Shown here piece by piece: positions 19,976-30,700 of a stretch of DNA of 64,000 nucleotides; the first letter of the stretch is position 1; every line of letters starts with the position of its first letter. Position numbers and translations under genes: made by a program. Under the pieces are notes generated by a model. The model saw nothing but the letters and a program-made list of their open reading frames with translations, made no database searches and was not told the DNA's origin. Source of the stretch: Candidatus Kerfeldbacteria bacterium RIFCSPLOWO2_02_FULL_42_19 (GTDB taxonomy: Bacteria; Patescibacteriota; Patescibacteriia; HO2-48-17); assembly GCA_001818315.1 (NCBI GenBank), contig MHKF01000012.1, positions 251,149 through 315,148 on the forward strand, written 5' to 3'.

Positions 19976-20598
19976 CCAAAATTATTCCTGGGATTTTAGA
20001 AAAAGATTTTTCCGAAATTCAAAAAAAGGTTCAACTCGTAAAGCCGCATGTGGATCGTGTACATATTGATATTCTCGATGGTACCTTCGTGCCGTATGAA
20101 AGTTTTTGTAATCCCGCAGAGTTGCGAACCCTCCCGATCACGCTGGAGTTGCATCTTATGATTCAGCGTCCTGAATTTGTCATACGCAAGTGGGGGGCCT
20201 TACCGAATGTTGATCGGCTCATAGTCCACCTTGAAACTGTTTCCAATGCTCAGGAAATACTTCATCTCATTCATAAAACAGGTAAGCAAGCAGGTTTCGC
20301 TGTGAATCCTGAATCGCGTATTCCTACTCTCCAGAATCCCTTGCGCGAGACGGATATGATGCTCATTATGGGCGTTGATCCTGGACAGTCCGGACAGCCG
20401 ATGCTCCCAGACAGCGTTGAGAAATTGAAGGAAGCATGCAAACTTTTTCCGGAAAAGGTCGTGAGTTTTGACGGTGGCGTGCGTATAGAGAATGTGCGTG
20501 TGATTCGTGAAGCTGGCGCTTCGGAAATTGTTGTGAACAGTGCTCTGTTTCACGCGCCGGATATTGCAGAGGCGCTTCAGTATCTTTGTGGACAATAG
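19972..20598 (+). CDS. rpe: Ribulose-phosphate 3-epimerase
   Basis: HIDILDGTFVP, ELHLM, MGVDPGQSGQ, FDGGV. Confidence 0.93.
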   Translation: MTKIIPGILEKDFSEIQKKVQLVKPHVDRVHIDILDGTFVPYESFCNPAELRTLPITLELHLMIQRPEFVIRKWGALPNVDRLIVHLETVSNAQEILHLIHKTGKQAGFAVNPESRIPTLQNPLRETDMMLIMGVDPGQSGQPMLPDSVEKLKEACKLFPEKVVSFDGGVRIENVRVIREAGASEIVVNSALFHAPDIAEALQYLCGQ

Positions 20599-20670
20599 GA
20601 ATGACCGCATATGATGTATTTCCTCGCGTTTACCAAACGTGTCATTCTCAAGAAGGTTGAATAAAGACGT

Positions 20671-21522
20671 ATGCTCCAAAAGATTGTGCAAATCGACAAA
20701 CTTGAGAGACTTGCGAACACGATTCGGCAAGATGTGATGCGTATGCTTGTTGCCGCTGGTTCAGGGCATTCTGCCGGGCCGCTTGGTATGGCCGATGTAT
20801 TTACGGCGCTGTATTTTACTATTCTCAATCACGACCCCAAACGGCCGAATTGGCCGGATCGCGATCGTTTGTATTTGTGTTGTGGCCATATCTGTCCTGT
20901 GCGTTATGCGGCGATGCTGCGTGCAGGCTATGGACCTGTTTCTGAAGGAAAAACATTGCGGAAACTTGGTTCGCGTCTGCAAGGGCATCCGGCGCTCCAT
21001 CACTGGGACGCTGTGGAATCTTCGTCTGGCCCTCTCGGCCAAGGCATTTCTATAGCTGTTGGCGCGGCGCTCGCTGCAAAACTTGACCACAAGAAACACT
21101 TTGTGTTTTGTGTGATGAGCGATGGGGAGCTTCAAGAAGGTCAAGTTTGGGAAGCTTATATGTTTGCTGGAAAACACAAACTTGGGAATCTTGTGACGAT
21201 TATTGATCGAAACAATATTCAGATTGATGGATTTACGGAAGAGGTTATGCCGCTCGAGCCGCTTGCAGATAAATTTCGAGCCTTTAACTGGCATGTGTTG
21301 GAAATCGACGGGAATAATATGGAGCAGATTCTGGATGCATGTAATCTCGGAAAAACGATTTATGAAAAACCAACAGTGATTATTGCGCATACGGTTCCGG
21401 GGAAAGGTGTTGATTTTATGGAAGCGGATTTTGCTTGGCACGGCAAACCTCCGAAGCCCGATGAAGCGCGTGTAGCTCTACGGGAATTACGGACACTGCG
21501 AGGGCGTATTCAACCTGAATAG
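20671..21522 (+). CDS. Transketolase, N-terminal (ThDP-binding) subunit
   Basis: GSGH, LQGHP, SDGELQEGQVWEA, WHGK. Confidence 0.95.
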   Translation: MLQKIVQIDKLERLANTIRQDVMRMLVAAGSGHSAGPLGMADVFTALYFTILNHDPKRPNWPDRDRLYLCCGHICPVRYAAMLRAGYGPVSEGKTLRKLGSRLQGHPALHHWDAVESSSGPLGQGISIAVGAALAAKLDHKKHFVFCVMSDGELQEGQVWEAYMFAGKHKLGNLVTIIDRNNIQIDGFTEEVMPLEPLADKFRAFNWHVLEIDGNNMEQILDACNLGKTIYEKPTVIIAHTVPGKGVDFMEADFAWHGKPPKPDEARVALRELRTLRGRIQPE

Positions 21523-21550
21523 CATTATAGTATTGAAAATCGCAGTATAA

Positions 21551-21697
21551 GAGTTTGGTGAATATCGCTTTTTCGGAACCGGCGCTCGGTCGCTTCCGGC
21601 GAGCGACCGGCGCCTGCGCCTCTCAGCGCGCCGGCCCTACGGGACCAATCCCGGCGCGCTTCCGAGAGCTTCCTCAAAAGCAATATTCACCAAACTC
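21551..21697. mobile_element. 147-bp MITE-like element with a GC-rich structured core
   Basis: TIRs GAGTTTGGTGAATAT / ATATTCACCAAACTC; flanks TATAA / TAAAA; internal hairpins 21581-21614 and 21625-21660. Confidence 0.7.
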
Positions 21698-21718
21698 TAA
21701 AATGATATTCACACTCTT

Positions 21719-22768
21719 ATGCAACTCGTTGATTCCGCGCATCTTTCTCCAAAACTTTTTCGTAAGACTATTACCCTCGCACCTACTCGAGATGGATATG
21801 GACAAGGTCTTGTTGAAGTAGGGAAGCAAAATCCTAACGTTGTTGTTTTGTGTTGTGATTTAACCGAATCCACACGTTCCAATCTTTTTGCCGAGAAGTT
21901 TCCTGATCGGTTTATAGAAGTCGGCGTTGCCGAACAAAACATGGCTGGGATTGCCGCTGGGCTTGCTCTTCACGGTAAAGTTCCTTTTATGTCGAGTTAT
22001 GCTGTGTTTAGCCCCGGGAGAAATTGGGATCAATGTCGCGTGAGTATTTGTTATAATTCGGCGAATGTGAAAATCGCTGGCGCGCACGCCGGCATTTCGG
22101 TGGGTCCTGATGGAGCGACGCATCAAGCGCTTGAAGATCTTGCAATTACGCGCGTGCTTCCCGGCATGACCGTTGTTGTGCCCTGCGATGCGATTGAAGC
22201 GCAAAAGGCGACTGTTGCGGCTGCCAAGATGCGCGGGCCGGTGTACCTCCGTTTTGCGCGCGAGAAAACGCCTGTGTTTACTACAGCAAAAACGCCGTTT
22301 CGCATTGGCCGAGTCGCATTACTGACTGCTGGTGTTGACGTGAGTATTATCGCGTGCGGATCTCTTGTGTATCAGTCGCTGCTTGCTGCAAAGGAACTTG
22401 CGAAACAAAAAATGAGTGCGCAGGTGATTAACTGTCATACACTGAAACCTCTGGATGGCAACAATCTTCTGCGTTTTGTGAAAGCGACAGGTGCAATCGT
22501 CACGGTGGAAGAACATCAGATTCACGGCGGCTTGCGCGGCGCAATTGCAGAATATTTTTCTGCTGTGTACCCTGTGCCGATTCGCTCTGTTGGCATGCCG
22601 GATCGTTTCGGTGAATCGGGTGAGCCCGAGGAGCTCTTGGAAAAATACGGCATGACTGTTGAACGTATTGTGGAAGAGTCTTTGCGGGCAATACGCATGA
22701 AATCACTTAAGCATAAGAGGAATGACACATTTGCGCGAAGTTCGAGGAAAAAACGAAGCGCAGAATAA
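21719..22768 (+). CDS. Transketolase, C-terminal subunit
   Basis: GVAEQNM, GPDGATHQALED, PVYLRFAR, TVEEHQIHGGL. Confidence 0.95.
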   Translation: MQLVDSAHLSPKLFRKTITLAPTRDGYGQGLVEVGKQNPNVVVLCCDLTESTRSNLFAEKFPDRFIEVGVAEQNMAGIAAGLALHGKVPFMSSYAVFSPGRNWDQCRVSICYNSANVKIAGAHAGISVGPDGATHQALEDLAITRVLPGMTVVVPCDAIEAQKATVAAAKMRGPVYLRFAREKTPVFTTAKTPFRIGRVALLTAGVDVSIIACGSLVYQSLLAAKELAKQKMSAQVINCHTLKPLDGNNLLRFVKATGAIVTVEEHQIHGGLRGAIAEYFSAVYPVPIRSVGMPDRFGESGEPEELLEKYGMTVERIVEESLRAIRMKSLKHKRNDTFARSSRKKRSAE

Positions 22769-22780
22769 TAAGACACGATA

Positions 22781-24010
22781 ATGACGCGGGAAAGCGCATT
22801 AGCATATTTTGAAGATGTATTACAAGCTTACGATCTTGCGCAATACGTCGCAGTTTTAGAAGCAGCGAGTGGCAAGAAAGTGATCGCTCGTTTTGCAGAG
22901 GAACTTTTTGATCATTGGAAGCAGCACAGTACACAACTTGGACTTTCGCCACGAAGCAGTGCACAAATCGTATTTACGAAGCTTCAGGAGCGTATGCAGC
23001 GTGTTGAACAAGCGCTTCGGTCTTTTTTCGAGGATCCAACATGTACGACTCTTGCATCATGGCAAACACTCTTCGAACGACTCGCTGCCTCCGTCGATCG
23101 ACACTATCTTCGCGGATTTTTCCTGAAGCAGACGGTTTGTAAGGAACTTCTACGCGCCTTTCCGCCGAAGCACGTCATGAAATTTCTTGGGTATAACAAT
23201 TTCGATGTTTTGCTTGAGCATGAGGATGTATTTGAAATTATGGCATCGCTTCGGTTTGGCGAAACCAAGGAATGGATGCATGATTTTTTTCGTCAATATA
23301 CTGACTTACGTTCATCGGATTTTGAAATACGCCAAGTCCAATGGCGTGTTTTGGATCCCCGCAAATGGGCGGCATTAAGCGATCGATTTCAACATCAAAA
23401 ATTTCATCAGTTGAGTCATCTCAAAGAAGTTGGGTTGATTTTTTTCCTTCCGCATTTTGAGTCACGTGACACGTATATTCTTATAAAACCAATGTCACTT
23501 TTCCTTCACTATGTGTATGAAATTCATTTTTTTAGTGAGTCTTTTCAGGCGGCAGCGCAAGCACCGGAAACATTTACGCAGACGCTCATTGCTCTTCTGA
23601 AGGGTGATGTTCGCATTCCGCCAGTCAAACGCACCGTCATTCCAATACTCCATCAGTATCATCTCAAAGAAGCTTCGCCTGATCCGCGAGCCTTTCAACC
23701 CCATGTACATACAGAAGTTTTGCATTGGAAGCGAGCAGTCGAAACACTTTTCAGTCTTCTTTCAAGCCAACTTTCGCCGGAAGATGTGCAGCTTTTTCAT
23801 GATGGAAATATACTCGTCCAGCGCATTGGCGAGAAACTTGTGAGCATGAATTTTTCTGATCTTGCTATTGATGAAAGGAATATAAAGACGTATCATGTAC
23901 ATGAAGCACTGTGGAACGCGCTTTTTGTTGCGCATTTTTCTGAAGAGGTTTTACGCAGCGCTTTCCTTACTCATCTTTCGCTCGGGTACTTTGATGTTAA
24001 AGCTTTGTAA
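22781..24010 (+). CDS. Hypothetical protein within the carbon-metabolism operon
   Basis: 409-aa ORF tightly packed between tkt and the dehydrogenase; motifs LRFGE, SHLKEVG, LHYVYEIHF. Confidence 0.75.
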   Translation: MTRESALAYFEDVLQAYDLAQYVAVLEAASGKKVIARFAEELFDHWKQHSTQLGLSPRSSAQIVFTKLQERMQRVEQALRSFFEDPTCTTLASWQTLFERLAASVDRHYLRGFFLKQTVCKELLRAFPPKHVMKFLGYNNFDVLLEHEDVFEIMASLRFGETKEWMHDFFRQYTDLRSSDFEIRQVQWRVLDPRKWAALSDRFQHQKFHQLSHLKEVGLIFFLPHFESRDTYILIKPMSLFLHYVYEIHFFSESFQAAAQAPETFTQTLIALLKGDVRIPPVKRTVIPILHQYHLKEASPDPRAFQPHVHTEVLHWKRAVETLFSLLSSQLSPEDVQLFHDGNILVQRIGEKLVSMNFSDLAIDERNIKTYHVHEALWNALFVAHFSEEVLRSAFLTHLSLGYFDVKAL

Positions 24011-24013
24011 AAT

Positions 24014-25024
24014 ATGTTAAAAACAAAAAAGAAACCAAAAGTTTTTGTGACGCGTGTGATTCTCGGAGAAGGCATTGCGCTTCTTCATAAACATTTTCAG
24101 GTTGTTGTTCGTAAGCAATCGGGTGTTATTTCCAAGACAGAATTGTATCATGGTGCAAAAGAAGCAGATGCACTTTTGTGTCTGTTGACGGATCATATTG
24201 ATCGCGCATTTTTAGAGCGTAATAGGCACCTCAAGATTATTGCAAATTACGCTGTTGGATTTGATAATATTGATATCGAAACAGCAACGCGGTTGGGTAT
24301 TGTTGTCACGAATACACCGGGAGTGCTCAATGAAGCTGTTGCAGAGCATACCCTCGCTTTGATCTGCGCCTTGGCGCGACGCATTCCGCAGGCAGATGCT
24401 TTCGTTCGTGCCGGAAAATATCGGGGTTGGGATCCATTGCTGTTTATCGGGAGTGATTTTTTTGATAAAACGCTCGGCATTGTAGGTTTGGGGCATATCG
24501 GTCTTGATCTTGCTAAGCGCGCGAGTCAGGGATTGGGTTTTAAGTTAGTGTATCATGATTTGCATCCGAATTCACAGTTTGAACGCCATTATGGTGCGCG
24601 CTACGTGAGCTTGCCGACGCTTTTGAAACTTTCTGATTTCGTATCCATGCACGTACCATTGCTTGATTCGACGCATCATTTGATTGGCGCTAGGGAGTTG
24701 CGGATGATGAAGCGTACCAGCTACTTGATTAATACTTCTCGCGGTCCGGTGATCGATGAAAAAGCTCTTGTGCAAGCGCTCCGCAAAGGTGTAATCGCCG
24801 GCGCTGCCTTAGATGTTTTCGAACATGAACCTAAGCTTACCACGGGTCTTACGCGTTTGCCGAATGTCGTTTTGACACCGCATATTGCCTCTGCTACGGT
24901 TGCAGCACGCGGGAAGATGTCTGTTTTAGCCGCGCAGGGTATTGTCCAAAGTTTTGCTGGTAAGCAGCCGGAGAATATCGTGAATCCTCTTGTGTGGCGG
25001 CGCGCGCTTCTGCGTTTGGCATAA
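24014..25024 (+). CDS. D-2-hydroxyacid dehydrogenase (glyoxylate reductase/D-glycerate dehydrogenase type)
   Basis: AVGFDNID, TNTPG, GLGHIG, INTSRG, LDVFEHEP, TPHIAS. Confidence 0.94.
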   Translation: MLKTKKKPKVFVTRVILGEGIALLHKHFQVVVRKQSGVISKTELYHGAKEADALLCLLTDHIDRAFLERNRHLKIIANYAVGFDNIDIETATRLGIVVTNTPGVLNEAVAEHTLALICALARRIPQADAFVRAGKYRGWDPLLFIGSDFFDKTLGIVGLGHIGLDLAKRASQGLGFKLVYHDLHPNSQFERHYGARYVSLPTLLKLSDFVSMHVPLLDSTHHLIGARELRMMKRTSYLINTSRGPVIDEKALVQALRKGVIAGAALDVFEHEPKLTTGLTRLPNVVLTPHIASATVAARGKMSVLAAQGIVQSFAGKQPENIVNPLVWRRALLRLA

Positions 25025-25132
25025 TAGAATCCTACAATAACGCTTCTTCTTGAGGATATATTGCTTTTCAGAACACCCAGAAAAGTGTTCGTTCAAAGCA
25101 ATATATCCTCGAGAAGACACTCTTTTTTTGGT

Positions 25133-25936
25133 ATGATTCCTTATTATCAATTCACTACTTTAAACATTGGACCCATCACGATACAAGTGTGGGGACTTAT
25201 GGTTTCGCTCGGCATCGCAGCAGCGCTGGTAGTTATTTACAAGCGGGCTAAAAGATTTGGTTTGGACACGCAGTTGATTTTTGACATGGCATTTTGGTTA
25301 TTATTCGGTGCTTTACTCGGTGCGCGGGTTTTATATGTTGTGTATAACCCGACGTATATTTTTGCATCATTCTGGAATTTTTTTCGGGTGTGGGAAGGCG
25401 GCATGTCTATTATGGGTGGGTTCTTAGGTTCACTCCTTGCTGCGTATTTCGTCTGGCGAAAACGGCGATTTGATTTTTTGGCGTATGCTGATGTGATGTT
25501 GTTTGGCTTGCCGTTGGGTTTATTTATTGGCCGATTAGGATGTGGCGCGATTCATGATCATATTGGGAAACCCACGACTCTGCCGTGGGGTATCGCGTGG
25601 CCGGATGGCACCGTGCGTCATGAAAATGGCTTGTACCTCTCGCTGAAAGGCTTAGTCTTGTTTGTGATTATGCTTCTTGCGCACCGCAAGCCGCGATGGA
25701 AAGGGTTTACGACCGTTTTGTTTTTGATCTTGTATGGCACCGTGCGATTTTTTCTTGACTTTTTGCGCGCCGTGGATTTACCGGGAGTTTCCGATGTTCG
25801 TTATTTTGGTTTGACTCCAGCGCAATATTTGAGCATCGTGATGGTACTCTTCGGTGGTTATCTCTATTGGCGACTGAGGCTCCGTAAGTCAGTTGTAGCA
25901 ACTCACTCTGCGCAACATTCGATGACAAATTCATAA
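25133..25936 (+). CDS. lgt: Prolipoprotein diacylglyceryl transferase
   Basis: GARVLYV, WEGGMSIMGG, IGRLGC, RFFLDFLR. Confidence 0.92.
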   Translation: MIPYYQFTTLNIGPITIQVWGLMVSLGIAAALVVIYKRAKRFGLDTQLIFDMAFWLLFGALLGARVLYVVYNPTYIFASFWNFFRVWEGGMSIMGGFLGSLLAAYFVWRKRRFDFLAYADVMLFGLPLGLFIGRLGCGAIHDHIGKPTTLPWGIAWPDGTVRHENGLYLSLKGLVLFVIMLLAHRKPRWKGFTTVLFLILYGTVRFFLDFLRAVDLPGVSDVRYFGLTPAQYLSIVMVLFGGYLYWRLRLRKSVVATHSAQHSMTNS

Positions 25937-25941
25937 AGAGC

Positions 25942-26017
25942 AAAGAGGAGGAAGACTCTACTTTCGCAGCACTGACAAGGCATTATGTGCTGCGAAAGTA
26001 GAGTCTTCCTCCTCTTT
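25942..26017 (-). repeat. Family-A hairpin, copy 2 (perfect 31-bp arms)
   Basis: Arms 25942-25972 and 25987-26017 with a 14-nt loop. Confidence 0.9.
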
Positions 26018-26039
26018 TTTCTATGATCAAAATGTATTT

Positions 26040-26072
26040 TTCACAGGCGAAAGCGCATTCGGCGGCAGTTTC
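26040..26072 (-). repeat. Single family-B arm
   Basis: TTCACAGGCGAAAGCGCATTCGGCG identical to 27726-27750. Confidence 0.75.
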
Positions 26073-26110
26073 ATAAAGGTATTTTTTATTTAGCCATTTT
26101 TTTTATTTTC

Positions 26111-26158
26111 AACTTGATCATTCCGCGTCAGCTTGCTACGCGGAGGTTCATTTGGAGT
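26111..26158 (+). repeat. Family-C ~48-bp REP-like repeat, copy 1
   Basis: AACTTGATCATTCCGCGTCAGCTTGCTACGCGGAGGTTCATT, matching copies at 34260 and 53093. Confidence 0.8.
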
Positions 26159-26162
26159 AAGT

Positions 26163-26191
26163 TTGACATTTTCTTTATTTTGTGATATAAT
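26163..26191 (+). promoter_or_regulatory. Consensus sigma70 promoter
   Basis: TTGACA-N17-TATAAT with extended -10 TG. Confidence 0.85.
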
Positions 26192-26339
26192 TTTATTCCA
26201 AATTCAGGATTGTGAAAGTGCGTCGTGCGCTCTAAGCAATCGCTGAAGGAACCTTAAAAATTCAACAAATGAGCGACCAGCGTTTGTAAAGATGGTCTTT
26301 CGAAACGTCTGGCGCTTCTACAGAAAAAGGGGACAAAGC

Positions 26340-27293
26340 ATGTACTATCTTTGCATTTTTTTAGTGGCAGTCTTCATTGCGTTGATGATTTTCCGGAGGA
26401 ACTGGGATCGGGTGGTGTTCACGGACGCTCACGTTTGGATTTCCGATATCATTGTAGGTGTGGTGGCGGCGGGAGTGTGGTTATTCCTTAATCATCTGAA
26501 TGAGAAGTTCCTGTCGGACTCCGGATGGTGGTGGTTGGTGTATGAAGGTTTCCTCGTGCTTGGGGCGTTTTTCCTACTGCGAGGAACCAGGAAGGTCGTC
26601 CCGCCGTGTAGGAGGTGGCGGGTGTACGGGTTCAACGGCCTCGAGGACCCGGATCTATTGGACGGCCAGAATCTCGTGCCGCCATGGAAGGACGTGTACG
26701 AGGCGGCGGACAACACCGCGGACACCAAATGGGAAATGGTGAAGGGCGAGTGGCAGTGGCGTCGAGATGCCATGCGCTCGACGCTGATCTTGATGGTCCT
26801 TTTCGTTCCAACCTTTCTCCTGCACTGCCTCGTAGAGAACCCGCACTTTCTGGTGGGGGTTTCCTGGGTCAAAACAGGTGCGAGGATTGTGGCCACAGGG
26901 AGCACCACCGTCAGTACGCCTTTCGAGGATTACCTGGAGGAAGAGAAGGCGGTGGAGTACCGGCCATTTTACCCGGAGACCTGCCGCTTCCGGATTGACC
27001 CGCCGGGAAACCCCTCTTTAATTGAGGTTGACATGGTCTTGGAGTCCACTTTGCGGCAAAATCCAGAAGTTTGGACCAGGACGCCGTACACCACGCCGAA
27101 CTTTGGAATTTGGCACCTCCGGAAGCACGAGTTCTATCAGCAGTTCCGGAGGGAGCCGTGGGTTCTCCGGCTGAACCTCAGGCGGGTCGATCAACACGGA
27201 TTTGTTCACAAAACTTACATCCGGTTGATGGTCGACTGTGCGGACCGCGGTCATGGTGCGTCGGGGGCCACTGTAGTATCTGCAGCACCGTGA
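26340..27293 (+). CDS. Hypothetical membrane protein, GC-rich compared with neighbours
   Basis: Long ORF with about four TM segments, purine-rich RBS, own promoter and terminator. Confidence 0.75.
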   Translation: MYYLCIFLVAVFIALMIFRRNWDRVVFTDAHVWISDIIVGVVAAGVWLFLNHLNEKFLSDSGWWWLVYEGFLVLGAFFLLRGTRKVVPPCRRWRVYGFNGLEDPDLLDGQNLVPPWKDVYEAADNTADTKWEMVKGEWQWRRDAMRSTLILMVLFVPTFLLHCLVENPHFLVGVSWVKTGARIVATGSTTVSTPFEDYLEEEKAVEYRPFYPETCRFRIDPPGNPSLIEVDMVLESTLRQNPEVWTRTPYTTPNFGIWHLRKHEFYQQFRREPWVLRLNLRRVDQHGFVHKTYIRLMVDCADRGHGASGATVVSAAP

Positions 27294-27368
27294 GTGATGT
27301 CCCTCGATTCTCATACGGCGTCGTAGTGCCCGGCGCCACGATTTTACACCTTCGTTTAGCCCTTTATT

Positions 27369-27409
27369 AGAACCCTCCAAGCTTTCGAGCGCGGAGGGTT
27401 CTTTGTTTT
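27369..27409 (+). terminator. Intrinsic terminator
   Basis: AGAACCCTCC...GGAGGGTTCT followed by TTGTTTT. Confidence 0.8.
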
Positions 27410-27455
27410 CTTATAGCACAGTTATCAAAAATGAGTTTCGACAATACACAGATAA

Positions 27456-27545
27456 GAGATAAGAGAGGAGAAGATGATAAGCTTTCGAAGCACTAACACT
27501 GCACTGTGTGCTAAGAAAGGTTATCATCTTCTCCTCTCTTATCTC
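27456..27545 (-). repeat. Family-A hairpin, copy 3
   Basis: GAGATAAGAGAGGAGAAGATGATAA / TTATCATCTTCTCCTCTCTTATCTC arms with the conserved core in reverse orientation. Confidence 0.9.
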
Positions 27546-27595
27546 GTTTCGATTGTATTGCGCTGCGCCTGTGATTCATCAACTCGTGGTATAAT

Positions 27596-27758
27596 GGGTC
27601 TGTTGCCGAATACCATTTCTGTTGCAATCGTAGCATTTCGGCCAGAATCGCTTCAAAATTTTTCGGCTTATATTCCATATAAACCTCAAAATTTATTCAG
27701 CGATTCTGTCACGAAATTCTACGATTTCACAGGCGAAAGCGCATTCGGCGACAGACCC
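27596..27758. mobile_element. 163-bp MITE-like element (family B) with 5-bp TSD
   Basis: GGGTCTGTTGCCGAAT / ATTCGGCGACAGACCC; ATAAT at 27591-27595 and 27759-27763. Confidence 0.8.
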
Positions 27759-27796
27759 ATAATAGAAATCGATCGTTTACTCTTAAAATTTTCAAC

Positions 27797-30700
27797 ATGC
27801 GTACGAATCTTCCGATACAATTTTCATTTCGCTCGTCCGCTTTTCTTTTGATGCTGACAACTTTCGCATTCCTTCTACCACAGGCGACGGAAGCGAAGTT
27901 TGGCGATGTTGCTACGTACGTCGGTAAAATCATTGGCGGTGACGGCAAAGACAAACTCGAAGCGTATTTGGATCAGCCAAAGGATTTTGCGGTGGACAGC
28001 GCTGGGAATTTTTATATCGCCGACACGATGAACAATGTCGTACGGAAGATTGCAACCGACGGGAAAGTTTCCACGGTTGCGGGCACTGGAGCTTACGGCG
28101 ATACCGACGGCGACACGAATAAAGCACGTTTTGGTTGGCCAGAAGCGATTGCTCTCGATGGCAGTACGATTTTTTTAGCCGATACGGATAACAGCAAAAT
28201 TAAAAAAATTTCCGGCGGTAAAGTGACGACTCTGGTTTCTTCTGGTCTCTCGAAACCCAAAGGATTGTACGCCGACACTGAAAACGACATTTTGTACATT
28301 GCCGATACTGGCAACAATGCTTTGAAAAAAGTGAGTTTCAGTGGCGGAAGTGTGAGTAAAGTCGCTTCCGGTCTTTCCTCGCCAACGAAGATGACGAAAA
28401 ATGGCAGCGCGTTGTACGTTGCGAATACCGGCAATCAACGTATCGTCGCTGTGGATATTACCAACGGAAGCGTGACGACGCTCGCTTCTGGATTCTTGAA
28501 TATTGGCGGTGTGTATTTTTACGATGGCGCGGTGTATGAAGTCGATGGCGATGGACTTTTCGACTTTCTGTACAAAGTAACGCTCGATGGCACAAAAACG
28601 TTGCTTGCCGAAGACGAGCATATGATTACGTTGAATACTTCTTCCGCCATACTCGTTCGTGATGGAAAAATATACGTGCTCAATAGCGGTGGCAGTAGTA
28701 TTTATCGTTTTGATTTGGATGGGCAGAATCCTTTTCACTATGCCGGTAAAGATCGGTTCGGGAATGATAATGGCACGGGTACAGGTGCGCTCATTGGACG
28801 GCCGAAGGGATTGGTGCTTTCACACGACAGAAAATTTTTCTATCTTGCGGAAAATAACAAAATTCGGAAAATCGAACGCACAACGGGTGTTGTGACGTCA
28901 CTCATCGGCAACAGTGTGGATAATTATAAAGAAGGGAGAACGGGTTCAGAAGGTCGTTTTAGCGATATTACTGGGGTCGTGATCAGTCCGGATAACAAGA
29001 CGCTTTATGTCGTTGACCGTAATAATAATCGTATCCGCGGCGTGGATATTGCGACGAAAACTGATTTCCTCATCACTGGCGCGGGTGAGATTAATTCGAC
29101 AAGCGAATCGGATAACGGCTATCAAGAAGGTGCAAAATGTCTTGGAGAATTCAAGGCAGCGGCTGCCGGTTGCGCGTATTTCAATCGTCCTATCGGCATT
29201 GCCATTTCGCTGGATGGCAATTTTCTCTATATTGCGGATACCGGCAATCATCGGATTCGTCGTGTGCGTGTGAGTGATGGAGTGACGACGCTCATTGCTG
29301 GCTCTGGTAAGGCTGGTTTTAAAAACGGCGCCGGAGCTGCCACCGAGTTGAGTAGTCCTATGAGTGTCGCTATTGATCATGACGGAGCGTTTCTGTATGT
29401 CGCTGATAAAGATAATCATGCGATTCGGCGCATACGACTTTCGGATCGTAAAGTCGAGACACTCGCAGGTACTGGAGAGCCGGGTTACAATGACGCAACG
29501 TTTGATAAGACGGTGTTTTCGTTTCCTGAATACGTGACCTTTGGTGGCGATGGACACGTATATGTTTCAGAGGTCGGTGGACAACGCATTCGTCAGCTTG
29601 ATCTTGAGGAAGAAGTCACGAAGCTTGTGGCTGGTTCTGGCATTCGAGGCTTTCGTGATGGCAAAAAAAACGACGCGCAGTTTAATAATCCGAAAGGGCT
29701 CGTCGTTGACGCGCCGGATGATCGTGTGTACGTCGCGGATAATTTTAATGATCTCATTCGCGTGATTGATATTGAAGGCGAAGCGCCTTTTACAGAGCAA
29801 GCTCCCAAAGTTTCGCGCGTGGATCCCAATATGAAGACGGTTCCCGATGGGCCAGAAGTGACGTTATTTGTTTCAGTCACGGGGAGTAATTTTCGTCATG
29901 GCGCTAAAGCGATTTTCGGTACATTTGAGGCCGTCAATACGTATGTTCAGTCGTCTACACAACTTGCTGTTGAGCTTCCCTTTGGATTGATGTTTCCGGG
30001 TTCTTATGATGTCACCGTGCAGAATGTTGATACGCAACAGCACACGCTTCTGAAAGGCTTTCGTGTGGCGAATAAAGATAATACGGTTCCGGATGTGTAT
30101 TTTCGAGCTGATGGCACGGTGACGGGAGGCAGCGCTCCGGCGCCTGCGAAGTCGACATTTTTTCCATATGATTCCACGCTCGTTGGCGGATTTCATCCGT
30201 TGTCGTGCGATCTCACCGGTGATGGAGTCGCTGAGCTTTTAACGGGTCCTGATGTTGGGTTTGGACCGCAGGTTCGCGTATTCCAACAGAATGGAAAGGC
30301 ATTGTTTTCCTTCTTTGCGTATGCAGAAACATTACGCTCTGGTGTGCGCGTTGCCTGCGGCGATCTCACCGGCGATCGTTTTGCGGAAATCGTGACTGCT
30401 CCCGGACCTGGCGGTCGGCCGCATATACGCATTTTTGATCACAAAGGAGTGTTGAAGCATCCCGGATTCTTTGCGCTGGACGGTTTATTTCAGGGAGGTA
30501 CATACGTTGATGTAGGGAACGTGAATGGCGACCGTCGCGGGGATATTATTGTTACGGCGGGGAAAGGCGGCGGCCCGCAGGTGACCGTGCATCGCATGGA
30601 CGGTACGATGCTTGCGAACTTTTTCGCGTATGATAAGAATACGTTTCGCGGTGGAATCCGTTCGGCGGTTTTAGATTTTGACGATGACGGTATTGATGAA

